Notes: a model not told the origin generated them from the sequence alone. DNA of 32,000 nt from Pseudomonas aeruginosa (GCF_001457615.1 NZ_LN831024.1:3990001-4022000); one strand, 5' to 3'. Positions 16,955 to 24,736 are shown, numbered from the stretch's first letter. Numbers and translations: made by a program.

Positions 16955-18760
16955 TTAGTTGCGGTTGTTACCAGCCTTGTGGTTCTCCGAGGTGGACGAG
17001 CCATCTTCGTTGAAGTTGCCTTGGGTGGTGGAGGTCATGTTGGTGATGGTGCCATTGGCAGAGCGGATCAGGCCGAGCGCCTCGCAAGTTGGGAACTCGC
17101 CTTCCAGGACCAGACGTGCGCGACCGTTGGCACCGTTCCAGTTGGTACCGTCGATACCGAAGGCCTTGGCTACTTCGGTTACGGTGTACACACCGGTTTC
17201 GTGCGCTTTCAGGGCAGTCTTCCCACTCGAGTCGGTCAGGTAGGTGCTGCCAGTCGCCGGATAACGCTTACCGTTCTGGTCGAACAGTACCCCGCGCACC
17301 TTGCCGTCCCGACCATCGTCGCTGGTGTTGGTCAGACGAATGAAGAACTGGTCGGAAACATTGGAGCCAGGCAGATTGAACAGACTGGCGACGCAACTGT
17401 TCTTCCAGAACTCGTCGAGACGGTTGCCTGCAATGGTACGGTCGACATAGCGTACGTTCTCGAAGTCGACCTTCAGATCACCCACGTCGAAACGTTGCAG
17501 CGCCTGCATCGGCACGGTGCCGGAAGCCTTCACGCAGACGTTGTAGGTCTGGTTGATATTCGAGTTGTCGAACGATACCGGCAAAGTACCGTTGCCCTGC
17601 GCATCCACTACACCTTCGATGGCGGCAGAATTCCAGAGCTTGGCGGCAGACCCCGGATTGGCGGCAAAGGCGGAGCAGTTCCCGGTGGTCAGGCCGATGT
17701 CGCTGATCCCGTTGAAGTTACCCGACAGGGTGCTGGTCACCTTGTCGCCACCGGCGAAACCAAACACGGTTCGACCCGCCTCGTTGAGCACATCCGTATT
17801 GATGCCGAGCCGTACGGCGCCCAGACGCGCATAGTTGGCACCATAATAATCGGTGTTATCGCCACCGACGGACACCGAGGTATCGAAGGAGCGATCCTGA
17901 TTGTTCAGGTTCAACGGATGCAGGACGCGATTCTGCCCATACTGGTTGGTGTTGAGAACGTCCCAGTAAACCGCGGGCAGCGAAGTGAAAATGGTCAGGG
18001 GCGGTGCAGAGTCGTTATTCGCAGGGTTGCCGGCATCGGCGCCAGTGGTGGTATCGAACTGTGCGGAAACCGTGACCTGGAAACGCAATTCGTTCAGCGG
18101 GTCGTTTTGCAGGCTCACTTTCGGATTCCAGGATCCAGCCACGAAGGTGGCATCGCCCTGAAGCGGAGCGCGCATGTTGGTGACCTTGGCAGGCTGGCTG
18201 TCCTGGCTGCTCGGCTCGCGGAAGTTGAAGAACACCACGTTGCCGCCGGTCGCGGTCTGCTTGATCATGTCGGCACCCGCCTGGTCGAGGCGCAGCTCAA
18301 GCGTGTTGTCGGTGGCGCCAGTGCCGCTGGTGATGACGAAGCCGCTACCCGCAGCCAGGGCGCCGATCTTGATCTGGTTGGCGGTCACGGCCTTGGCGAA
18401 GCGCACGACGGTACGACCAAGGGTCAGCTTGATGGTGTGGCCCGCAGCGGCATTTCCAGCCTTCACTGGATCGATGGTGTAGGTAACGCTGGGCAGGTCA
18501 AAGGTAGTTTCTTCGGACTTGTTGCCGAAAATCTCCTGAGCCAGGGTGATGTTGGCCGCCTTGCTATCGAGGTTGGCACCATTTTCCACACTCTTGCCGA
18601 CGACATAGTTGGCCTGTCCTGGTCCGTACTGCTCGGTTGCACCAGGCGAGTTCGCCTCCAGAGTGGGGCTTGTGGCAATAGCAACCACTCCGGCAGCGTT
18701 CGCGACTCCAGCAAACAGTGCCGAAGCTACAGCGGCGCTGAGTAGTGTTCTTTTGAGCAT
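16955..18760 (-). CDS. secreted or surface protein of unknown function, 601 aa, Sec signal peptide, Gly/Asn/Thr/Ser/Ala-rich
   Basis: The ATG at 18760 is preceded by AAGGAG. The signal peptide is MLKRTLLSAAVASALFAGVANA|AG. There are no further hydrophobic segments and only four Cys, and alternating polar/hydrophobic runs suggest a beta-rich fold. Many CGT, GGT, ACC and AAC codons are visible. The ORF-track start at 18895 adds 45 implausible residues. Its position fits PA1383. Confidence 0.8.
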   Translation of the reverse strand: MLKRTLLSAAVASALFAGVANAAGVVAIATSPTLEANSPGATEQYGPGQANYVVGKSVENGANLDSKAANITLAQEIFGNKSEETTFDLPSVTYTIDPVKAGNAAAGHTIKLTLGRTVVRFAKAVTANQIKIGALAAGSGFVITSGTGATDNTLELRLDQAGADMIKQTATGGNVVFFNFREPSSQDSQPAKVTNMRAPLQGDATFVAGSWNPKVSLQNDPLNELRFQVTVSAQFDTTTGADAGNPANNDSAPPLTIFTSLPAVYWDVLNTNQYGQNRVLHPLNLNNQDRSFDTSVSVGGDNTDYYGANYARLGAVRLGINTDVLNEAGRTVFGFAGGDKVTSTLSGNFNGISDIGLTTGNCSAFAANPGSAAKLWNSAAIEGVVDAQGNGTLPVSFDNSNINQTYNVCVKASGTVPMQALQRFDVGDLKVDFENVRYVDRTIAGNRLDEFWKNSCVASLFNLPGSNVSDQFFIRLTNTSDDGRDGKVRGVLFDQNGKRYPATGSTYLTDSSGKTALKAHETGVYTVTEVAKAFGIDGTNWNGANGRARLVLEGEFPTCEALGLIRSANGTITNMTSTTQGNFNEDGSSTSENHKAGNNRN

Positions 18761-18964
18761 GAGAAAATAACTCCTTGAAGCGTTTATATTGAGCATTCCA
18801 GTCAAGTGTCCATCTTTGGACGACACGCTAATGATCATGTATCGGTAATCAACCAACACATCGACAGGCCTGACACCATGAATACTTCCAATCATTCCGG
18901 TGATACCGATCGAATTGACGCCCAGCCACTACCTGAAGTGGCCACATAGGCACCAACGGATGGC

Positions 18965-18993
18965 TTTATATAATTGCCAAAGCACCTCAGCAA
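18965..18993 (-). promoter_or_regulatory. candidate sigma70-type promoter for the 601-aa protein gene (TTGCTG-N17-TATAAA)
   Basis: On the minus strand the -35 TTGCTG (+ strand 18988-18993) and the -10 TATAAA (+ strand 18965-18970) are separated by a 17-nt spacer. This would give a ~200-nt leader. It is a pattern match in AT-rich DNA only. Confidence 0.25.
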
Positions 18994-19278
18994 TAGCAAA
19001 AAGTGCGTTTTCACCTCTTCCTATTTAATAAATGAATTTTCCTACGGAAGAAGGTAAAAACAAAAACCTTAAAATAGAGAAAATTCTTAAGAATATCCAA
19101 GCGATCACGAACAAACGTTTCTAAAAACCGGGTCACACCCAGAAGTAAAAGGCTACTTCTGAGCATTTAGAAAGAAGATTCGCAATAGATTTTTATGGAT
19201 GGATACGGCCCGGAAAGTTCCAGGCCTATCGGGGACCACGACGAGAGTCGTCTAGATGAGTGTTGCAGGTGACCGACC

Positions 19279-21558
19279 TCATTCCATACGGCAGGCGCCC
19301 GGTCTATCGGAGCAGGCCAGTGTCTTGCTCAGCATGGCGCGCAGCTTTTCCGTCACTTCCCTGGCATCGGCATCACTTTCCAGCACGTAAGGCTGGATCA
19401 ACATGATGACTTCTTCACGGGTCTTCACGGCTTTCTGGCGTCCGAAGAGGAAACCGATCCCGGGAATGTCCTTCAGGAGAGGCACGCCAGCGTTGGAGTC
19501 CGTTATGTTGTCCCGAATCAGCCCCCCCATCAGCACCGACCCACCGCTTTTCAACGTAAGCGATGTTTCCAGCGACGTCCTGGAAATCTCCGGAGCGCTG
19601 ATTCCTCCGCCACTGGCCTTGCCACCGCCGCCGGAAGAACCGCCACTGTCGCTCAACTCCTGGCTGACCGTAAGATCGACCCGACTATCCGAGTAGACTA
19701 CGGGGGCGACATTCAGAATTGTGCCGGTAGAGCGGTAGGCAATTTCATTGCGCAGGTTGGTGCTTCCAGCAGTGGTGCTGTCGTCATTGACCTGGGCCGT
19801 TGGGATAGGAATATCCCGACCGACATTGATGTTGGCCTGCTCGCCGCTCTTGACCAAGATACGGGGAGTGGCGAGTACCCGGACTCGTTGATTGTCCGCC
19901 ATTGCCTGGATGGCTGCGGTATTGCCTCCGGCGGTGTTGATGACGTAGTTGAAGCCTCCTTTCCCGGCGCTGCCCTTGCTTCCGGTCGAGGTCGCGCTAT
20001 TGAAACTGCCGTTGAGCATCTCCCACTCCACGCCCAACTCCTGGGTGTCGCTGAGACTTACGCTGGCCACCGTCACCTCGATCAATACCTGGCGGGCCGG
20101 CTTGTCCATTTCCCGGAGCAAGCCCTGCATCTGCTGCCAGGTACGCGCCGCTCCTCGGAACAAGATGGCGTTTCGATTCTCGTCCTCCACTATGGTGCCG
20201 CTGCCGCTGATACCGGCCGCCAAGCCACCGAGCAAACCGTTAGCACCGTCGCCCCCCACCAACGCTGCGGCACCTGCGGCTTGCAGCAAGGGAGCCACCG
20301 CCGGTGCCGCACCATCGTCTCCGGCGCGCCTGCCACCGCCAGATCGCTTGGAAGCGCTGCTTTGCAGTCCGGAGGTGATCCCGTAGGCCCCCTCCCCGGC
20401 GAACCCCGATACCAATGCCCGCAACGACTTGGCCAGTTCGGTGACACGGGTATTGCGAGCTTCGTAGAAGAACAGTCCTTCCTTCTCCTCGCCGATACCT
20501 GCGGCAACCGCCATCGGAGCCCTGTCGACCTGCTGCGCCCACTCGCGCACCAAGTCGAGAAGTTGGCCATCGTTGGCGAAGACGATGAGGCCATTGGAAC
20601 TTTCCAGCGGTACCAGCATTATGCTGCCGACCGCTTCGCCGATACCGACGCTGTAGCCTTGCGCCGCAATCACGCTCTTGAGTTGACTGGCCATGTCGGC
20701 AGCACTGACGAAGGCCGGGTCGATACGCAGGCTGTGACGTCCACGCATGAAAGGTTGATCGAGAAGGCGGACGGCTTCGGTGGCCTGGTTGACGATGGAA
20801 GACATGCCCTTGAGCATCAAGCCACTCCGCGCACCATCGGCCATCACGCTCAGGCCGGATTTTTCGTAGGCACTGTTCAACCAGGGAATCACATCCTTGG
20901 GGTCGACGCTGTGCAACGCCACGAATTGAAATACCGGCCGATAGGCAATCGGCACACTAGGCCGTGCTTCGCCACTGATGAGAATGGGCGGCTCGTCCGG
21001 GCTGAGCCCTACCTGCTTGATCTGGAAGCGATAGATATCGCCTTGGTGGAGTATCTCCACGCCGTAGTTGACGAGCACCTGGCGCGCGACTTCGTAGACC
21101 ATCTGTGCAGTCTGCGGCTGTTCCAAACGAACGGTCACGCGATCAGTCTTTTCCTTCAGAGCGCTTTCGATCTCAAACGGCAAACCGAGGATGTTGCCGA
21201 ATACCTCGTTGATGAATGCGGCAAGCTGCACGTCCTCCACGTTCAGACTGATGTCAGCCTTCTTGTCGTCGAGGATCGCCTTGTCCATTCGATCGACTAC
21301 ACCGCCTACGATCGACCGAGGCGATGTGGGCGTGCCACTGAACTCCGTCTTCGGAACAGCCAACGATGCCGGAGCTTTCTTTCCGTCGTCGCTCACCAGG
21401 GCTACGCCCTCGGTTGCCTTGGCTTTTTCCGACTTCGCGAGCAATGGTTCGGGAAACTGCAATGGGGAAGTACTGCAACCTGCCAATAGGGCCAGACAGA
21501 CGACAATGGACAACGGGTGGCGCAAGAAGGCAAAGCTCGGCCTATGGCAAGGGTGCAT
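19279..21558 (-). CDS. secretin (GspD/PulD family) with lipoprotein signal peptide (liposecretin), 759 aa
   Basis: The N-terminus MHPCHRPSFAFLRHPLSIVVCLALLAG|CST contains a lipobox. An N0-like domain reads ISLNVEDVQLAAFINEVFGNILGLPFEI. The C-terminal secretin domain shows VLIEVTVASVSLSDTQELGVEW, VRVLATPRILVKSGEQANINVG and GGLIRDN...GVPLLKDIPGIGFLFG. I prefer the ATG at 21558; an alternative is at 21591. Confidence 0.9.
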   Translation of the reverse strand: MHPCHRPSFAFLRHPLSIVVCLALLAGCSTSPLQFPEPLLAKSEKAKATEGVALVSDDGKKAPASLAVPKTEFSGTPTSPRSIVGGVVDRMDKAILDDKKADISLNVEDVQLAAFINEVFGNILGLPFEIESALKEKTDRVTVRLEQPQTAQMVYEVARQVLVNYGVEILHQGDIYRFQIKQVGLSPDEPPILISGEARPSVPIAYRPVFQFVALHSVDPKDVIPWLNSAYEKSGLSVMADGARSGLMLKGMSSIVNQATEAVRLLDQPFMRGRHSLRIDPAFVSAADMASQLKSVIAAQGYSVGIGEAVGSIMLVPLESSNGLIVFANDGQLLDLVREWAQQVDRAPMAVAAGIGEEKEGLFFYEARNTRVTELAKSLRALVSGFAGEGAYGITSGLQSSASKRSGGGRRAGDDGAAPAVAPLLQAAGAAALVGGDGANGLLGGLAAGISGSGTIVEDENRNAILFRGAARTWQQMQGLLREMDKPARQVLIEVTVASVSLSDTQELGVEWEMLNGSFNSATSTGSKGSAGKGGFNYVINTAGGNTAAIQAMADNQRVRVLATPRILVKSGEQANINVGRDIPIPTAQVNDDSTTAGSTNLRNEIAYRSTGTILNVAPVVYSDSRVDLTVSQELSDSGGSSGGGGKASGGGISAPEISRTSLETSLTLKSGGSVLMGGLIRDNITDSNAGVPLLKDIPGIGFLFGRQKAVKTREEVIMLIQPYVLESDADAREVTEKLRAMLSKTLACSDRPGACRME

Positions 21559-22033
21559 ACAGTTTCCTTTCAAAACCCTGGGTGTTCCCATCCTGCGAGA
21601 ACGAGAAGCGGATTCCTTGTTCAGTGATGCTCTCCAGACGCTCGCCGCCAGGCAGAGTGGCGCCCGCCGCAAAACGCCGCAGAGGCCCCTCGGCGCTTTT
21701 GGCAACAAGGGCGAAGATGCCGCCTTCATCGCGGACAATGCCGCGTAGCAGCCAATCGACCTTGATTAGCGCCACTCCATCCACGCCCACCGAAACCCGC
21801 TTCGATTCAGCTTCGCGCTCCTCGTCCACGGTTCTCCCCCACCACGACATTCCAGCCAACTTGCCGGCAACCGTCGTATCAACCGCAACGGACGGAACTT
21901 CCGCCAGAACCCACTTCCGGGCTTCAGGAGTGGGCAAGGCGGAAAGATCGGCACTCGGAGCAAAGACAAGTCCGGCAAAGATGGAAGCGACCAGAAGCAG
22001 AAGATTCCAGCGAGCAAAGGCATGAGGCGTCAT
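21542..22033 (-). CDS. single-pass membrane protein with GspC-HR/PilP-like C-terminal domain (163 aa)
   Basis: The N-terminal anchor is WNLLLLVASIFAGLVFA. The C-terminal stretch WLLRGIVRDEGGIFALVAKSAEGPLRRFAAGATLPGGERLESITEQGIRFSF fits the l.L.Gi....g..A.i......r....G..lpGG..l..I....v.l pattern of secretin-binding HR domains. It overlaps the secretin start by 17 nt. Codons ending in T are frequent, which is atypical for this genome. Confidence 0.55.
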   Translation of the reverse strand: MTPHAFARWNLLLLVASIFAGLVFAPSADLSALPTPEARKWVLAEVPSVAVDTTVAGKLAGMSWWGRTVDEEREAESKRVSVGVDGVALIKVDWLLRGIVRDEGGIFALVAKSAEGPLRRFAAGATLPGGERLESITEQGIRFSFSQDGNTQGFERKLYAPLP

Positions 22034-22393
22034 TGGGTTTGCAAATGGCAGGATGGAAAGCGATGAGTTGAAGATGCGGGAAGTGTGGCATTTATAGAAA
22101 ATTGAAAATCCTGAGTTAGAAGTAAGAAAACTCCCAACTTACAAGTCGTAAAACCCAATCATTTCGAGACTCCATCGCCAAGCACGCAAGGACCCGACCA
22201 TTACGGCAGGCGGCACCGGATGGATAGGCAAACAGTGCAGTCGGTACGGGTAACGGCTTGCACACCCCGCGCAGGATTCGCGTCACTCGGCCAGGACTGT
22301 CACTGCACCGAGACGCCAACAGCGGCAATGCAACCGACATTCACCTAGCGAACTCGGCCAAGAGCAGGAAGGCGAACCGACTCCACGCTCGCC

Positions 22394-23359
22394 CTAATGC
22401 GACGACACGTACTCCGCCTCCCCCTGCGCCGGCGGCAGCGAGAACCCCGCGCGCAGGCGCCGGGCTTCTGCCAGCGGCGAGCGGCCGAACAGACGCTTGA
22501 ATTCGCGGTTGAACTGCGAAGCGCTGGCGTAACCGACCGCATGGCAGGCGGCCTGGGCGCTCATGCCCTGGCGCACCATCAGCAGACGCGCCTGATGCAG
22601 GCGTATGCACTTCAGGTACTGCATCGGCGAGGTCTGGGTGATCGCCTTGAAGTGGCTGTGGAACGACGGCACGCTCATCCCCGCCTCGCCCGCCAGTTGC
22701 GCCAGCTCGAGCGGCTCGGCGTATTGCGCGTGGATGCGGCGCAGCGCCCGGGCAATGTTGCCGAAGCGCCCGCGCATGGCCAGTGCCGCGCGCATGGCGC
22801 CGCCCTGAGGGCCGGTGAGCACGCGGAAGTACAGCTCGCGCAGTAGTGCAGGCGCGAGGATCGCTGTCTCCAGCGGATCGCCCAGCGCCTCCAGGAAGCG
22901 CAACACCGATGCCCGCAGCGGCGCGTCCATAGAGCTGGACATCAGACTGCGCGGCGCTTCGACCTGCGCAAGCGCGCGCTGACGGTCGATCTCCACCGCC
23001 AGCCCGGCCGCCAGCGGGAAATCCAGGTGCAGGTAGATCGCCAGCAGCGGTCGCTCTGGCGTGGCATCGGTCTCCATGGTGAACGGCACCGGCACCGCCA
23101 CGGCCAGGTAGTGCTGCTCGTCGTACAGGTAGATCTGCTCGCCGAAATAGCCGCGCTTTCGCCCCTGGCAAACGATGACGATCCCCGGATCGTAGAGCAC
23201 CGGAGTCCGCGCCAGCGGACGATCCGAACGCAGCAGACGGACGCTGTCGAGCCCGGTGAGGTTGTAGCCCTCCCGGGGCGCCAGGTTTTCGAGCAACGCG
23301 ACCATGCGCTGTCGGTCGACGGAGCGGATGGCTTCTGAATCAGGCAGTGATGCGCTCAT
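22394..23359 (-). CDS. AraC-family transcriptional regulator (AraC_N-type N-terminal domain)
   Basis: The C-terminal double HTH reads LAGEAGMSVPSFHSHFKAITQTSPMQYLKCIRLHQARLLM...VGYASASQFNREFKRLFG. I prefer the ATG at 23359. The ORF-track ATG at 23428 would leave only 22 nt to the divergent gene. Confidence 0.8.
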   Translation of the reverse strand: MSASLPDSEAIRSVDRQRMVALLENLAPREGYNLTGLDSVRLLRSDRPLARTPVLYDPGIVIVCQGRKRGYFGEQIYLYDEQHYLAVAVPVPFTMETDATPERPLLAIYLHLDFPLAAGLAVEIDRQRALAQVEAPRSLMSSSMDAPLRASVLRFLEALGDPLETAILAPALLRELYFRVLTGPQGGAMRAALAMRGRFGNIARALRRIHAQYAEPLELAQLAGEAGMSVPSFHSHFKAITQTSPMQYLKCIRLHQARLLMVRQGMSAQAACHAVGYASASQFNREFKRLFGRSPLAEARRLRAGFSLPPAQGEAEYVSSH

Positions 23360-23450
23360 AGAATCAGGCAATGAAACGAGAAATTCCGGTCTCTGAGATA
23401 GGGAAATTTCTGCGTATTGTGCACTCATTCCCCCGTAACGGAGTCACACC

Positions 23451-24284
23451 ATGTCGTTTCGCAAGACCCTGTTGATCACCGGCGCCAGCAGCGGCTTCGG
23501 CCAGGCCCTGGCCCGCGAGGCCCTGAATTCCGGTCACCGCGTGGTGGGCACGGTGCGCAGCGAGGAGGCCAGGAGCGCACTGGAAGCCGTGGCGCCGGGC
23601 CAAGCCTTCGGCCGGCTGCTGGACGTCACCGACCTTGCCGCCATCGAGCCGACGGTCGCAGCCATCGAGCGCGACATCGGTCCGCTGGACGTGCTGGTGA
23701 ACAGTGCCGGCTATGGTCATGAAGGCATCCTCGAGGAGTCGCCGCTGGCCGAGATGCGCCGGCAGTTCGAGGTCAACCTGTTCGGCGCGGTCGCGATGAT
23801 CCAGGCCGTGCTGCCCTACATGCGTCGGCGCCGCCGCGGTCATATCCTCAACATCACTTCCATGGGCGGCTACATCACCATGCCCGGCATCGCCTACTAC
23901 TGCGGCAGCAAGTTCGCCCTGGAAGGGCTTTCCGAAGCCTTGGGCAAGGAGGTAGCCAGCCTCGGCATCGCCGTCACCGCCGTGGCCCCCGGCTCCTTCC
24001 GCACCGACTGGGCCGGCCGTTCGATGGTCCGCAGCCCGCGCACCATCGCCGACTACGACGCGCTCTTCGACCCGGTCCGCCAGGCTCGCCAGGAAAAGAG
24101 CGGCAAGCAACCGGGCGACCCGCGCAAGGCCGCGCGCGCCATGCTCCAGGCCATCGAGGCGGAAAACCCGCCGGCGCACCTGCTGCTGGGCAGCGATGCA
24201 CTGGGGCTGGTGCGGCAGAAGCTGAAGGCGCTGGAGGAGGAAATCGCGGCGTGGGAAGAGGTCACGCGGTCGACGGATGGATGA
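23451..24284 (+). CDS. short-chain dehydrogenase/reductase (SDR)
   Basis: Motifs are LLITGASSGFGQALA, VNSAGYG and the catalytic YYCGSKFAL (YxxxK). An ACGGAG Shine-Dalgarno lies upstream. Confidence 0.9.
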   Translation: MSFRKTLLITGASSGFGQALAREALNSGHRVVGTVRSEEARSALEAVAPGQAFGRLLDVTDLAAIEPTVAAIERDIGPLDVLVNSAGYGHEGILEESPLAEMRRQFEVNLFGAVAMIQAVLPYMRRRRRGHILNITSMGGYITMPGIAYYCGSKFALEGLSEALGKEVASLGIAVTAVAPGSFRTDWAGRSMVRSPRTIADYDALFDPVRQARQEKSGKQPGDPRKAARAMLQAIEAENPPAHLLLGSDALGLVRQKLKALEEEIAAWEEVTRSTDG

Positions 24285-24302
24285 GGTTTGGAAAGTCGTA
24301 GA

Positions 24303-24368
24303 CGGATAATTCCACGGCATTATCCGCCGATACCGCGCCGAACCGGCGGATAACCGCACTGCGGTTAT
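24303..24368. terminator. two short hairpins between convergent genes (possible bidirectional terminators)
   Basis: cggataat (24303-24310) pairs with attatccg (24319-24326), and ataaccgc (24350-24357) pairs with gcggttat (24361-24368). There are no clear U-tracts. Confidence 0.3.
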
Positions 24369-24373
24369 TCACC

Positions 24374-24736
24374 CTACGCCATGGCCAGGTTGCTGGCCCG
24401 CTCCGACAACGGACAGCCCTTTTCCTGCAAGTACCGAATCGCCTGCCGTGCCGTGGCGGGATTCATCGTATTGCCGATGAAGGTCGTCAGCGAGTCGGTG
24501 AACTCCAGCACGATGTTCTCGGTGTAGTGCCATTTCCGGTAGTCCACCCGGGAAATGCTGGAATACGGCTTCGAGCGCGTGCGGATGACGCGGAACTCGA
24601 CACGGTCCGCATGCAGGACCAGCCGCGGGGACAGGTCGCTGTGGGCCCAGCATAGCCAGGGAATGCCTTTCCAGCCGGCGAACGCGGCGACCAGGCGCAC
24701 GTTCAGGCCGCTGTCCGTCGCAGGATCCTTCGTCAC
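24374..24736 (-). CDS. hypothetical protein (about 120 aa)
   Basis: GC3 bias is strong in this frame. I propose the GTG start at 24736, preceded by GGAGG. The ORF-track ATG at 24946 overlaps the upstream GNAT gene. I recognise no domain. Confidence 0.5.
   Translation of the reverse strand: MTKDPATDSGLNVRLVAAFAGWKGIPWLCWAHSDLSPRLVLHADRVEFRVIRTRSKPYSSISRVDYRKWHYTENIVLEFTDSLTTFIGNTMNPATARQAIRYLQEKGCPLSERASNLAMA

Noticed and set aside
16955-18760. Calling the 601-aa protein an S-layer protein or an N-glycoprotein outright.
   Set aside because: The only support is contextual analogy and composition. N-x-S/T sequons are expected by chance in an Asn/Ser/Thr-rich protein, and no oligosaccharyltransferase is encoded here. 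I kept it as a hypothesis only.
18961-18979. Possible sigma54 (-24/-12) promoter in TGGCTTTATATAATTGCCA or its complement.
   Set aside because: The GG and GC elements are separated by 12 nt rather than the required 10 on either strand. I kept it only as an imperfect dyad.
3975-22393. Flanking direct repeats, att sites or integrase remnants defining a mobile island.
   Set aside because: Comparing the two border spacers by eye gave only a chance-level shared 8-mer (cactgcac). No tRNA, integrase or transposase is present.
22394-23359. AraC-family regulator as the dedicated regulator of the secretin/glycan island.
   Set aside because: It has core-genome GC and codon usage. It is divergently paired with an SDR gene, a common AraC_N-regulator/oxidoreductase arrangement, and it is separated from the island by a 360-bp compositional transition. 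Adjacency alone is insufficient.
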